Position numbers and translations under genes: made by a program. The notes beneath the pieces are model-generated. The model saw only the letters and a program-made list of their open reading frames with translations, was not told the origin of the DNA and made no database searches. From Veleropilina oligotropha (taxonomy: Eukaryota): a stretch of 64,000 nucleotides of DNA. Numbering within the stretch: the first letter of the stretch is position 1; the number at the start of each line of letters is the position of its first letter. Where the stretch lies: NCBI GenBank assembly GCA_048128005.1, contig JBEUKZ010000014.1, positions 1 through 64,000 of the forward strand, given 5' to 3'. Of the stretch, positions 15,901 to 29,941 are shown one piece after another.

Positions 15901-18900
15901 AGATAGTTTTGACCAGATAGGAGAACAGTAATCATAATGAGGTAATACAAGGAAATTGTTTAGGAAATTGAAACAAATTTGAGCGTCCAATGCAGACTCC
16001 ATCACTTGCGATCTGCATGTTTGGGCCCGTGCGTCGTTAAATTATTTTGACAGTCTGAGTCATGAGTGGTTTTTGCGGGTCATTTTTTTATTATTTAGTA
16101 AAAACCACTATGAAAAAGTATTTCTTGAATTAATAGATTTGTATTACTGAAAAAGTTTGTCATTTAATTTTAACACTTAAAATGTTTATGGGGTTTGGTT
16201 CAGCCTTACCGCAAACTGACAATTTTGTGAACGCGACTTGCAACAAATATCAGGGACATTTCCTAGCAAATTAATGACCAGCTTTTCACACCAAAATAAT
16301 AAAATGTCTATATTAACTATCCAGTTGATATTTATATAAACACATGCCAATGTGTTTGTTGGATGATTGACAAAGAATCAATTTCAAACGGCAGCTCGAA
16401 GCAAACATAGCAAACGTTGGGTAAGATTATTGACCGCTCATCTTGGTTAGAAAGTCGCAACTGATAACTACCGACTGGGATAATACAATCAAACAGATTG
16501 CACTGCAGAATGTCAATTTTATTACTTCGATAACAGTTTACATTCGAGGAATATCTAAGTATTTTATTGATACGTCATGTATTGTAGAACGACGGGTTGA
16601 TTTTTTGCCATCCTCAGAAATTTCTTGGCGTCCCGGGGACGACAAAGGTTCGAGTTTTTGGCGCCTGAGACAAATGTCTGGCGGGCTCTCCATCAGGGCG
16701 CTAGCTAATGGAAGCCCTGAACAAATGTGTGATGTCCCTGCCGAGGTTTGAACCCACTACTGTTCACGTCAGCGGAATCAAGACAGTGATTTTTGGAGTC
16801 CACAACCGAAACCACACGACTATCGACGTGACCTACCATGTAGTCTTATAGCATTGAGATCACAGAATGATAACATACAGACAACAGAATGACAATACTA
16901 AAAACGCCAGGATGATAAGATGACAAAATATTGCGGAAAGAAGACAACGTCAATGCGCCAAGATGGCGATCACAGTTTTCATAAATGATTGCTATTTTTG
17001 TGCTATTTTGTTGGATTTTTGTTGTTATTGTTGGCATTATGTGATAGCACTGTGGGCGGATACGGCGCAATATAAATGTCCATTATTATTATTATTGGTA
17101 TGAGACACCATTCATAATTATGTCACGCATGATGATTATTTGTAATGGTTAAATCATGTTTTTAGGGGAAAATATTGTTAAGAATTATAAATACTTTTCT
17201 CTACATAACTTCAGAGGTTGATTTCTCCCTCAAAGCTATTTTCGCAATGTTATTTCTTATCCGCAATAGTGTTGGAGTCGGTAAACGGAACTCGTCAAAT
17301 ACTCGTCAAATATATGCTGTAACAATATACCTCTACATAAATTGTGTAGATAGAACGCGATAGAGCATGAAGGTTATTGTCAAAATATTCGTTTGATGCG
17401 CCGTTTACCACAAGCACTCGGTGTTCTTTTGTTGAAACATTGAAGCGTGCTTTTGTCTTGATAGCTGTCGCGCAGTAATTTCAGGAACTACTTACGGAAA
17501 TATACGAGTGTTTTCCGACTTGCATATATCTCTTTATATTGCATTACAAAATAATCTTGCACCGGGTATTTAAATTTTTACAATTTAATACGAAGATAAT
17601 TTTCGAATCAATGGTGTGATATATTTGATGTAGGCCCGTAGTTCACAAAGAATTGAATGTCAATAGAGCTAATAAAGCAAATTAATTGGGAATAAAATTT
17701 AATGCTATGAAAACGTCTATTGTTTAATTACTAGCGAGAATGGCGGTTTCGTCAAGAGTTTCAGTAGAGTTGCCAAATAATAGAGATTAGCGCAACTGAC
17801 ATGCTCTGATCTCGAGTGATTTAATACACGTTCGCCTTTATCGGCAAAGTACATAGCTATTAGGCATAACTGCAAAGGTAATCTGGATTGTCGGCAAGAA
17901 CTTTTTAAAATATAAGAGGATTAATGATAATCAGCTTTTTTAGGTTTAATTTTGTTATGGCAACATAATTATGTTACTATATATGCTGATCAAGTAATTA
18001 AAATTAAGGCTGTGCATATTGTACTTAACTGAAGATATATATAATAAGAATTGTAAATATTTAAGGTTGTATTATATAATTATTTTATGATGTTTAATAT
18101 ATATATATTTAATTATAATATTTATTGGTATTGTTTTGATTGCATAAATAAAATAATATTTCATTTCTATGAATGCCTTTTTATTCAAATAATTTCAAAT
18201 ATATGACGAAATCGACGATAAAGTGCTCCGATAAAAATACTTCTGGAATCTTCTGGAATATTGACCCCAACCTCCTGGAATGGTATTTTGGGTTTATCAC
18301 ATGTATGTATATGTTGTTTTTATTGCAGGTACACAGGAATCACACCCAAGGCTTTTGAAAAGAAGTTTATGCCAAAAGGAAGTCATTTTATTTATGGTGG
18401 TCAGTCATTCACAACACTGTCGTAAGTTCCTCTGACACCCACTGAGACTACTATAATTCTATGTCTTTCAATATAATGGTACAGTATATACTTTAAAATT
18501 TGTCTGCATGCTGTTGACTTGTCATATATTCTAGTACATAGGATCATTACAGATTCAACCATTATGTGGTTCGGAATCCTTTCAATATTTCAGCGACATA
18601 ATATTAAATCTTTAAGTGTATGTTCGTACTATTTCTGGCACGCAAAAATGTTATTGAACAAATATTGGGGGGTGTAAATCTATATTAAAATATCTATATC
18701 ACAACAATAGTGCTGTAAGATTGATAGTCAACTCTATTATAAATCACTGAAACACATCATTACTTGGAATTAAATAATGTCACCGAATAGTGTGTATTTT
18801 GTTTTAATACATATGACTGTATGAAGTCAGCAGCTAGCTTAACTATTTCAGTACCGGTACAATAAATTATCACCATATATGGGTAAGAAAAATGCATATA

Positions 18901-21900
18901 TGTTTATTATTTATCAATCAGACATCAAGGCTCTAAAAAGAAAAATCAGATGACAGTGCAAAAGCTGCAACAGAAGCAAGCAAAGTTTGGCGGCAAAATA
19001 ACGACGATGACCATCCATGAACTTGAGCCCGCAGACAAGTCAAAGCTGAAGAAAATCTCGCAGCAAAAGGAGGAAAATTTGTAAATTCTTTAATGAAGCC
19101 AGAAAATTGGCAAGCGTTACTCTTGTGCACAAAAGTTAAAGGAATTTCAAGATGATATGATGTTACTTTTAGATTTAACTATAATACAAATATGCACCTC
19201 GCATGATTAATGATACGTGGTAGTGAACGTCGAGTAGTTAACCATGTTTATTGACTCATCTTAGTAATTCTTTTTAATTGATGATTATTTTAAAGGCAGG
19301 GCTATAGCCGTGTACTGGCGTCCGTCGTCCGTCGCCTCATGCTTTCTGTCACATAGAAGATGAACCGCTGGACTTACTCCTTTCATATTTGGTATACATC
19401 TTATATACCATCAGGCCTAGCCCAAGTTCAAAGATGGGGTCGCTGGGTCAAAGGTCAAGGTCATTTTCGTGTATTTCCGTTCTGGCACTTCGAAGATTGC
19501 TTTCTGTCACATAGAAGATGAACCGCTGGACCTACAGCTTTCATCTTGGGTATGCACCTTGTATACCATCAGGCCTAGCCCAAGTTCAAAGATGGGGTCG
19601 CTGGGTCAAAGGTCAAGGTCATTTTCGTGTATTTCCGTTCTGGCACTTCGAAGATTGCTTTCTGTCACATAGAAGATGAACCGCTGGACCTACAGCTTTC
19701 ATCTTGGGTATGCACCTTGTATACCATCAGGCCTAGCCCAAGTTCAAAGATGGGGTCGCTGGGTCAAAGGTCAAGGTCATTTTCGTGTATTTCCGTTCTG
19801 GCCCTTCGAAGATTGCTTTCTGTCACATAGAAGATGAACCGCTGGACCTACAGCTTTCATCTTGGGTATGCACCTTGTATACCATCAGGCCTAGCCCAAG
19901 TTCAAAGATGGGGTCGCTGGGTCAAAGGTCAAGGTCATTTTCGTGTATTTCCGTTCTAGCACTTCGAAGATTGCTTTCTGTCACATAGAAGATGAACCGC
20001 TGGACCTACAGCTTTCATCTTGGGTATGCACCTTGTATACCATCAGGCCTAGCCCAAGTTCAAAGATGGGGTCGCTGGGTCAAAGGTCAAGGTCATTTTC
20101 GTGTATTTCTGTTCTGGCACTTCGAAGATTGCTTTCTGTCACATAGAAGATGAACCGCTGGACCTACAGCTTTCATCTTGGGTATGCACCTTGTATACCA
20201 TCAGGCCTTGGTTAAGTTCAAAAATGGAGTCTCTGGGTCGAAGGTCAAGGTCATTTTCGTGCACTTTGAAGATATAGAGTTATTGATTATTTTCCTCTCT
20301 ATGGATTTATATATCCAAAAGGCGGGCCTGTATGAGGATTATACCTCTAGTCTGTCAATGTGGCCACTCCGACATTCATGTGGTTTTAGTTACAGACTCC
20401 GAAAATCCTCCCGCTATAGTACGGACATGTCCTGCTTTGAACCTGATGGTTGTAAATATACAGGACATTATGCTTCGATCCTTTCCTTTCCTTTTTCCAT
20501 CATGATGTATCATTATTCAAGATTAGCGGAGACATGTTTCCGTATTTCTGAAACATTGCATTTTTTTCAGCATGGAGTTGCTCTCTGCTCCGTCGCCCGG
20601 CGCCATGAATTTTGTTAAACACCTGCTGAAGAAAGAATGTAAACAAAAAGGTATAGAACTATTACCAATTTCATTCGCTATTCAAGATGGCTTCCATTTA
20701 GAAAATCGTCTTATTTGTTCGTTATCACTACTCCTCCAAATGGCAAGGCTCATGCACTTGGAGCCTTAACAGCAGGCTTTTTGGACACTCATCTGCATTT
20801 TGTTCAAAATGAAATTTGGAGATGTCCAATTTTAAAGATTTTGAAAATATATTTATCTCTTCTGCTCCTGTGTCCGGTTGCATGACCGGGACGTAGCGTA
20901 CGCTGGCGTAAAGCCCCTAAGTTCAGACTACTAACGTCCGACATAGATATTTGTTGCGCAACTACTACTTACACCCTGGTGTAACTGGTCAGGACGTACA
21001 GATCAATTAGCATCCATTATAATTAGACCGCACGCTACATATGAGATTGTCTATAATGAGGTTCTATGAATGCATTTGTGTCGGATTCCCATTGTGTGTC
21101 ATGGTATGTTGTTGTTGAGGACACAGTAAACATGTTAGAAACATACATTCAAGCAAAATCTAATGTTCATGATATGGAAACGATTTAATGTGCCTAAATA
21201 TATTTAGAGCGTCATAATTCCAATATTATTTAATAAAGCAACCAATAACATTAAAGGGGAAATATGTAATGACCAGTATCGTGATGTTAAATTTTATATG
21301 TCATATATTTGGAAGCTATAATATTATTGGTCAGATTTGGAAAAATTAAATGGACGCGAATAAAAGACAGGCAAATATCACTGGTATTTTGATCAGGTAG
21401 CTAGATGTGTTTGAAGCCTGGTTGAGGGTGAATCTCTCTCGATAAATCATTATCATATATATAATTATTATAGGCTTAATATTTATAAGTCATACAAGTT
21501 TTCGTGTGAGGCCGAAATTATATTTACACATATATGTATAGCCATTACAATATTTAAGATAGTACTTATGTAGATGGTACATAAGTACCATCTTAAATAT
21601 TGTATTGACCATGCCGACCACGCAAACATATACATTGTGTATCTCTAGTCCAGCAGCGACCGACATACATGTGCAACGACTGTAAATACTTAAGCCCGAC
21701 TAAACCTGTTGATACGTCCAGACTAAAACTTACACCTCGGTCATACAACCGGCCACTGAACTACAAGTCATATTGAATGACACTGGACCTTCACTGCTGA
21801 AATGAGTACATCCTTTTTTTGATGGCCCTATTTCCAACATGGCTGCCAAGTGAATATAGGAACTTGTTGGCAGATGTAATAATATAATAACTGAAATCTT

Positions 21901-24900
21901 GTTCTTTTGCAGTTGACACTGGTTCTATGATACAGTCCATCTCTGCTACAGATCTCATTAAGCAGCACAAGAAGGAAATAATTGATATAAAGAAGAAACA
22001 AAAATCACAGGCCAACCTTAGTCAGACGAATAACGGCTTCTATCCCCCGGGCCCTCCAACTGGTGACCCCCTGAAAGCAACTCCAACTCTGGGACGAGGA
22101 CTTCAAGCAGGGCAACAGTTTGTGTTAGATTTTGATCAGCCACCATTGAATAAAGTCGTGTCCACTGATGCAGACAGGAAAAAGGTAGAGGGAGATGTCT
22201 GTTATTCCAATGATATTTTCTGTTCGCGATTATGTAATGTTAATTAATTTAGGTAAGTCAGCTAAACCTAGCTGGTTTCCTGGTTTACAATAAAATACAC
22301 ATGAGGTTCGTTTCTGAACAGGATGTGTTTCTGTACTTCAAAGTTGTTTATCATATCCAGTAATGTACGAATGATACACTATTTTAATCATTATTGGTCA
22401 GCACCTCAAATTATAGCCAATGAAAATAACTGTTACAAGTGAATACAGTAACATTGACATGGGATCTTCATGTGTTTATTTAGCCAATTCTCTTGGGCGA
22501 TGTATATGTCATCCAAAAAATCAATGGGTTAATTAATCATCATCGATTCATGATATCCCAGCCATATTTTTTATGAAACTATCAAATGCCAAAACATTTC
22601 TATTTTTTATTTGTTGTCAACAGCAGAAGGCTATAGCTAAGATTAAAGCTGCAGGCGGAATAAAGCAAGATGACCCCAATGCAGTCAGAAATCTGAAATC
22701 GCCAGAAGCAACGAAAAAGGTCAAGAAAAGAGTGGCAGAGTGCATGAAAGGTGGTTTCCATGGTTATCAGAGTCCAATTTTCAATTGTCCTTTCCTGTTA
22801 ATTTATAAAATAAATATATATTCAGTATTTTACAATACTCCATGTGATCCTGACAACTCATGATCAGTGAATGTTATTATGGTGCATTGAATTTCAAAGA
22901 TAATGAAACGTCATCTGTCTTTAAAAGTCCTATATCTCATAATGGCGCTTCACAAATATGTTAACTTTGCATGTTAATTTGAATGTTTTAATTATTATAC
23001 TAATGTCTTTATGCTTTAAGAGATAATAACTCATTCACTTCCCATAATGGATATATCCGTTTTACAGCTATTATAACGTAAAAGGTGGCCAAGGGTAGTG
23101 AAAGAGTTAAAGATTCAATTTGTACGTACCATTACATTATTTTTTGCGTGCTTATTGTTGTGTTAGGACATGTCCATATTATCGTGGCAGGAAAACCTGT
23201 ATTTTAATTATCCGGTGAAATCCATGGCCAGTTGTGGACAAATGCGACAAATTATAACTCCATGAAGTGTCGCTTATGCCAGAAATAATTTCCTGGTTTC
23301 ATATTTATAGATCCTGTTGATCCAGAAGCTACGGAGCCTTCTAGTAAACGGTCCAAACTGTTAGGCAACCTGGACTTGAACAGCCCAGAGGTCCAAAAAC
23401 TCATCAAGGCGAGATCCTCGCACTCAGGAGCAGTAGCAGAGGTCAGAGTCTGTGCATTGTTGGCTGATCTCTTTTGGCATTTTATGCCCAGCGATTAAAG
23501 TTGGGTTGGGCATATAGCATGTCAAACGTCATTACGTCCGCTCGGACTTCGACACATGATAAGTCAGCACGTAAAACTAGCAGCCTTTCTATATTTGTGC
23601 ACAGATACAGTGTGTGCGGGATACCGTGTGTGCGGCCCTTGAATGCTTTGGAGATGTGTGATCTTTGACCGTCTGTCCTTTTGTGCAACGTAATGATATT
23701 ATTAGTGAACAGATGATATGGTGACCTTGGTTTATTTTTCAAGGACACGTCTTATTAATTAGAGCAGGGAATACTTCATGATTATCTCTTATTTCCTTTT
23801 ACAATAAAGTGTACATGTCCCAATATAATCCTGATGTTAAACCTATCAATAAACTTGAATTCAAACCAAATGATTTTAATGTCAATGAAAAGTCCTCTCC
23901 TGCCTCATATATAGTCAGTTGTTATGGACAACCGGAACTGAATATTTCATCTTATTGCTTCTTCAAAACCTCGTTCAGTTATCATATACCAAATACATAT
24001 ACCATGCCAGTGAGATTATTTGGAATTTAATATTATAGATGTGCTAATCGGTATCTTTGTGGCCTGAATGTTTCTTTATTAAATTTCTTCATAAATTCTT
24101 CTTATTATCTGGTGTGGGTTCGGTTGCAGACTCCGTAAATCACTGGCTTGATTCCAATGACGCGAACAGTAGTGGGCTCAAACCTCGGCTAGGGCAGCAC
24201 ACATTTGTTCAAGTTACGAATCACAGTTGTCCGTAAGTGGTCGGAGAGGGCGGGTTTCCCCGGGCGACCTGGCTTTCCTCCCGTGATAATACGGACATGT
24301 CTTGGTTTGAACCAAATGATGGTTGTGGAAATATACAGGACATCAAGCATCGATCCTTTCCGTTACTTTATCATCTGGTGCCTTTGTACATACAGCAACG
24401 TGCAACTTGAATTGTTGTTCTTATCATTATGTATCATTGATCTGTATAATTTCGACTTTTTTTCATAATTATGTAAGAATGTTTAAAGTATACTATTATT
24501 CATATTTAATATTCTTTTAAGATTGAAGCTGAAAGACAAGAAAAATATTTTAATGAACTGGAGAAGAAAGAAATGATAGAGCAGAAGATGGATTCCATCA
24601 CTGAAGTCAAATGTTCAGCATTTTCCTGCAAACAGGTATAAACCTTCTGTCAGAGGACATCTGAATGACAGCATTGCATATTAAAGAACTTGTGAACATA
24701 TAATAGATTATGGCTGATAATAATGTTATCGCATATTTACGTATTCTGTTATTAGTAGTGCCATGATTTAGATTATCAAAACATGGATACAGAAGATCCT
24801 TAGCAAGTCACCCCGAAATCTCCCGAAAACTTATTAGATGACGACACACCTGGCCCACGTGCTATTGTTCCTGTTGAGTAACCAATTAACGGACAATGAT

Positions 24901-27900
24901 GTTGCCATCGAATTGAAAAGATTCCGAGCGGCCTGTCCATCTGTGACGTCAAATTCGGCCCCTGACCTCAAAATATGACTATTCTTGATACTGATTGATT
25001 ATTTCGCCATGTCAGCTTACAACAAACGCGGACACCCATGAAAGACTAACACAACAAATAATATGATAGGAATATGCTGTATAGTCAAATTTCGCCTATA
25101 TTATGAGTATTTGTTCACAAGTCCTTTAATTACTATTAAATATGCGAATCAGACAAATGTTGGTGTTGTGTCTGAGCATTGAATAATGTGTATAATGTCC
25201 TCAATAAATCTGTCATATAGTGAGATCATGATCATATTTGCTGCTTAACTTGGCTCTAGTGTAATGTCTGAATTAGTTTCGTTTTACGACTACATTTTGA
25301 AAAATTTCAATCATGTCTGTAGTCGAAACGATTGTTTAACATCTCTCTCTTTGAAATATGGCTAACATTTTTTTAAGCCATCTCTTAATTCCCTTCTATT
25401 AATATTAAGCTTTGGAATAAGCCACGTTGGTGAGTGAATCGAACCCCATCCTACCACTTCCCGCTCTACTAACGGACAGGTCTGCACCTATTAACCAATT
25501 TGCTACATCATTTTGGTATAAAACATGGATTCTGACATATTCAAAATGTTCTTGATCACCTAATATCAGTTAAACATGTTTCGCTTTTAATATCGTAATA
25601 GATGTATGCTGTTTTATACTTTAAAATTTTGATTGTCGATTGTGGCGACAGACTCGTCATTCCCACTAAAAATGTGATTTCCAGACAAAATCTGAATGCA
25701 AGTGTTATATTCCCGTGACTCCTTTGCAGTGCCGCTACACGGCGTTTACGCCAGCACAACGATGTAGGGATGAGAACCATAACATTGTCAAACATGCCGC
25801 CACCAAGAGATTTTTTAAGTGCAAAAATTGCAAAAAAAGAAAAATGACTCTTCAAAAATATCCCAAAGATCCATGCAGGTAAATCACAGTTAACATTATT
25901 AACAACAATAAGGCGATGATCTAATATAGAGTAAGTATTTGTATTCGTGGAACGGCGCTTGCTATTATATCACACTAGTTACAGTAACTATTGTTTTATT
26001 TCATGTACATTATAGTTTCATTATCATTATAGTTTCATTACTTTTGCTTGAAATCATTTGAATAGCACATTTCATGTCTACTACGAAAGGAGAGCAGTAT
26101 TTATTATGTTACAATGTAATTATCGAAATATTAATTATAACACATATTAATTAAATTTAAAACAAACTGTATGTTACTATGATTATGTTCCGCTAATGCG
26201 AACAGTAGTGGGTTTAATACCTGGCTGAGGCATTGAAATTTGTTCAAGTTATGAATCACAGTTGTCCGCGACTGGCCGAAGAGGGCGGGTTTACCCGGAC
26301 GACCAGGGTTTCCTCCCGCGATAACACGGACATGTCCTGCCTTGAACCTCAATGTTGTAAATATACAGGATATTAAGCATCATTCCTCCCTCCTCCTCCA
26401 CTATAATTATGTCTCCCCTACCCTGTGGGGAGACATTGTTTTTGTGCCGTCCGTCCGTCTGTTTGTCATGCTTTGGTTTCCGGATGATAACTACCGTTCC
26501 CTTTCAGCGATTTTGTTCATATTTGGTACACAGTCAGGTTGCTTATGAACAGAGGTCGCTTGGGATTGCTTTTCAGGTCGGTGCACCAAAGGTCATGTGA
26601 TCTGGGACTAAAAATAGAATTTTGGATCTGATTTGGTTTCCGGATGATAACAACTGTTCCCTTTCAAGTTTCAGCGATTTTGTTCATATTTGGTACACAG
26701 GTTGCTTATGAGGAGAGGTCGCTTGGGATTGCTTTTCAGGTCGGTGCGCCAAAGGTCACATAGAAATCGAATTTCCTAAATTTTCGTTTGCGATTTGCTT
26801 TCCAGAAGATAACTACTGTTCTTACTTAGCGTACATGTTCATATTTACCAGGCAGGTTGCCTATCAGGATAAGACCCTTTGAATTGCATTTGAGGTCAAT
26901 CGCTTAATGGTCACATGACCTGTTGCTAAAAATAGAATATTGATTGCGATTTGCTTTCCTGTTGATAACTACCGTTTATATTAGCAATGTTGGTCATATT
27001 TATCAGGCAGGTTGTCTATGCGGAAAGGATGTTTGGGATTGCGCTTGAGGTCAATCGGTCAAAGGTCACATGAACTGTTGCTAAAAATAGAATTTATCAG
27101 AAATTTGATTTTGATTTGATATCCAGACAGTTACTACCGTTTCTTATTTAGCAGGCAGGTTGCATATGAAGAAAGGATGATTTGGACTTGCATTTGATGT
27201 CAAAGGTCACATGACCTGTTGCTAAAAATAGAATTTCAAGCAGGGGAGACATTCCTGTTATTGTGGACAATAACAACATCTAGTTATAATTATTTTGAAA
27301 CTTTTATTTTCTTTTACAGCAATTGTGGTGAACATAAATTTGACAGGGCATCAATGTTATGGGTATGTATACTTGTTTTTATAAACTGTTGTCCTTTTCT
27401 TTCAACGTAAATAACTGGTCCGTTTGTGTGAGTTTCTCTGCGTGACCATGCTTTCCTCCCGCGATAATGAACCTGGGCATGTCTGATTTGACACTGACGG
27501 GTGTTAACATGGGATAATATATATTAAGCACCACTCCGAATCAAACCTTTTACTTGTGTAGGATATGTGGTTAATATTCAAATAGTTATGGATCGTACAT
27601 TGGTCGAGTGATAATAGCGATGTTTATTTTCATCTGTCCTGACTGCTCTGATATTTCGGAGGTAGCATTCACACTTGGTCAATAACCGGTCGAGAAGATA
27701 TCAATCATTTCTTCTGCAACAATATTGACATATCCCAATATGGTTTTAGATCGACCATATCCCCAGAGAATTCTCTACAGTCTGCAGTTATGATCCGATT
27801 TGCTTACATTGTAATATGTATATTAGTTGTGATAATGTCATGATCCCAAATGATTTTTGTCATTTTCGCATTCAAGATAACCACGAAATGGCTGGGTGTG

Positions 27901-28034
27901 GGCTCGAATACATTTTTTAATTAGTGACCCTGATTAATTTTTATTTTCAGGAAAAGAAGGGTCCTCAATTGGAGTCCGAGAAGTTGTCAGTTCGGGGCGA
28001 TGAGATAAAGTACCTGAACAGCTTAAAAAATTAA
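945..28034 (+). CDS. MCM10: Minichromosome maintenance protein 10, 21 coding exons
   Basis: Hand-spliced GT-AG exons keep frame: 945-951, 1511-1618, 1800-2039, 2355-2471, 3168-3365, 3860-3997, 4113-4260, 4717-4879, 5588-5746, 6176-6303, 7961-8041, 18329-18421, 18922-19080, 20571-20650, 21913-22184, 22624-22750, 23311-23441, 24522-24635, 25730-25878, 27320-27362, 27951-28034 (TAA). Recognisable parts: N-terminus MEEDECNIEALTAFLE, OB-fold FSGIRI..GDWVTIGVLV..GKTFCIWKISDL, CCCH finger CQSRTKAGNPC..CTYH, C-terminal KRFFKCKNC and EKKGPQLESEKLSVRGDEIKYLNSL. A few acceptors have NAGNAG alternatives. Confidence 0.93.
6339..7334. mobile_element. piggyBac-like non-autonomous DNA transposon (MITE)
   Basis: TTAA|CCCTTAACCG at 6335-6348 and CGGTTAAGGG|TTAA at 7325-7338 give a TIR plus TTAA duplication; no ORF. 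Confidence 0.75.
7460..7702 (+). mobile_element. tRNA-derived SINE, family A (representative copy)
   Basis: B-box-like GGTTCGACCC, central GGGTTTACCC..GGCTTTCC..GGACATGTCC and tail AAATATACAGGACATTAAGCATAGATCC. Related copies or fragments lie at about 20360-20490, 24110-24362, 26190-26380, 28220-28480, 28895-29140, 50355-50485, 59320-59810 and 62395-62600. Confidence 0.75.
10912..11078. mobile_element. Palindromic (hairpin) MITE
   Basis: Near-perfect inverted repeat ATCTCACA..GTGGTCATTTAATATCACATTT..GAAAATATGAA..AAATGTGATATTAAATGACCAC..TGTGAGAT, centred near 10998. Confidence 0.7.
11170..12371 (-). mobile_element. 5'-truncated non-LTR retrotransposon (L2/Crack/CR1-group) reverse transcriptase with a frameshift near 12040
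   Basis: Motifs LDFKKAFDLVDH, GVPQGSVLGPLLFLIFINDL, LFADDSTL, LQKRAARII and WNRLP across two overlapping ORFs. Confidence 0.9.
12823..13216. mobile_element. Tc1/mariner-type MITE
   Basis: TA|CAGGGTGTTTCAAAAGTATATGTCACAT ... ATGTGACATATACTTTTGAAACACCTTG|TA. Confidence 0.8.
15490..15960 (-). mobile_element. 3' fragment of an L2/Crack-like LINE ORF2
   Basis: PHYDYCSPIW, LQRIQNRGMRIL, YSTRS and WNDLP..SFK are typical of the LINE ORF2 C-terminus. Confidence 0.8.
19341..20270. repeat. 158-bp tandem array (about 6 copies), probably inside a non-autonomous Helentron/HINE-type element (about 19295-20352)
   Basis: Units start at 19341, 19499, 19657, 19815, 19973 and 20131 and are nearly identical. 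A CGTCCGTCGTCCGTC microsatellite precedes them and CTCTAGT follows. Each unit contains GGTCAAAGGTCAAGGTCA (last copy slightly varied). Confidence 0.85.
26407..27285. mobile_element. Non-autonomous Helentron/HINE-like element with degenerate ~160-bp internal repeats
   Basis: 5' inverted pair TGTCTCCCC..GGGGAGACA (26410-26435), a GTCC microsatellite, repeated units, then GGGGAGACA (27243), hairpin TGTTATTGT-GG-ACAATAACA and terminal CTAGTT. Confidence 0.75.
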
Positions 28035-28533
28035 TTATGCAATAGATATCCGCTCATTGGTTTCCATTGTAAATTCTATTAAATTAGCTATTTTATCTGT
28101 CACGGATACTATATTACTATATTTATAATTAAACAATTTATGGTCATGATATTTTGGGAAAAAAAAACAGTAATTTATTTCCAACGCAACACTATCTTTT
28201 TCTAAACATTATTAAGGCCGACCCGGTAGTCGTGTTGTCTCGAGTGCTGACTCTGAAATCACTGGCTCGACTGCGCTAACTAATTATATATATACAAGAA
28301 GAGTTGGTTCGAATCTCAGTTGGTACATGACACGTTTTGTTCAGTTGTCAATCGTATTTGTCTATAAATGGTGGAAGAGGGCAGGTTTATCCAGGCTATC
28401 CTCCCGCGATAATATGGACATGTCCTGCCTTGAACCTCAGGGTTGTAAATATACGGGACCTTAAGCATCGATCAAATCCATTCATCTATACAGATATTAT
28501 TGGAAGTCATATTTTGTACCAAAGCTTAATCAG

Positions 28534-28712
28534 CTTATTGTCTCGCCCCGAAGGGAAAGCGAGACTTAGGGATTACATTTTCCGGCGGCGTCGGCGTCGT
28601 GCCATTTTCGGTTAAAGTTTTTTCGGTTAAAGTTTTTCATTGAATGGAATTTTCTGATACATTGATATATATATTTAAAGGGCGAGACATATCGGACCGT
28701 GGTCCTTGTATT
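28534..28712. mobile_element. Short HINE-like element
   Basis: TGTCTCGCCC..GCGAGAC at the 5' end, a CGGCGT microsatellite, then GGGCGAGACA and a GGACC-GT-GGTCC hairpin at the 3' end. Confidence 0.55.
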
Positions 28713-29563
28713 ATATAATTATAAGGTGCTAACTTCTATATTAAATATGATCTGTGAATATTTTTAGCATATTAAATTTGTATTTGAAACAAGTTATATA
28801 AATTTTGTAATTGTAGAGGTAATAAAATTAAAATTTCCCTCTGTCGTTTTATATCTATATTATATTTATTATTTGTTGTAATGCTCTCATAGGCCGCTCC
28901 GACAGTTGTGTGGTTTTGGTAGCAGACTCAAAAATCACTGGCTTTATTCTAATGACACGATTTAATAGCTGTGGGTTCAAATCTAAGTTGAACAATGGCA
29001 TTATTTGTTCAGTTATGAATCACAGTTGTCCGTAACTGATCAGAGAAGGCGGGTTTCCCCAGACGACCAGGTCCTGCAATAATATGGACATGTCCTGCTT
29101 TGAACCGATGGTTGAAAATATACAGGACGTTAATCATTGGTCCGATCAAATCCAATGCTGTCATAGCTTTGTGAATGATCGCAGGCCTCTGTCTGGATGA
29201 ATTTACCATAGTCCTTCTCGTGCAAGGAATAAACATATGTGTCCCTGATCACTCAGCCGATATGGATGGGAACCTGGCAGTATGCAAGTCATAACAATGT
29301 TGTGTATTGACTGTAAGAGTTTAGATGAAATTTCAGTTGAAACATGATCAAAACCAGTCTAAGGGAGGTAATTGTGTAGTTATAGGTAATATATGTATGT
29401 AATTGTCATGTCACGAAACCATATGCTCAGCATGTGGTTCAAAACTATAAACCTGCACGTTTTAAAACCACATTTATGTTTTGCTTTCTAAAGCAGTGAT
29501 ATGTCTGCAATTGATTATTTTGTTTTTCATCGTTGCGTAATGTTCCATTTTAACATCCTTCTT

Positions 29564-29722
29564 AGCAGCAGGGGGGGTGACCATACCTTTTATGTGGGGG
29601 CGCGGCGAGGGAAATTAAGGCTCCCAGCACCTTTTCAGAATTAATATGGATCTCAACTCAGCAGCAGGGAGGGTGATTGGACTTTTTAGAATGGGAAAAT
29701 ACGGCTCCCAGCACTATTTCAG
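29564..29722 (+). repeat. Left terminal inverted repeat
   Basis: Reverse complement of 45604-45762, with 2 mismatches by eye. Confidence 0.95.
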
Positions 29723-29941
29723 GCTCCCAGGGTCGGGCTTGTATTATAACAGTCACCGTGTTTACATACAGCTCTGTCTGAAAACCAGGTTACAATCCAA
29801 TCGATAGTCTATTCAAATACTACCTGGTTGCCTAGTTACGTCGCCCGAGTTGACCTTAGTAGAAGCGTGCCATATACATTGTTGTCGAGTGACTCACTCG
29901 ACTGAAATGCATTGCATGAAGGTTGACTGGATACTGTGGCC

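Noticed and set aside
19469..20146. Four near-identical 67-aa ORFs, or a CRISPR-like array
   Set aside because: By-product of the 158-bp tandem repeat; there are no unique spacers and no cas genes.
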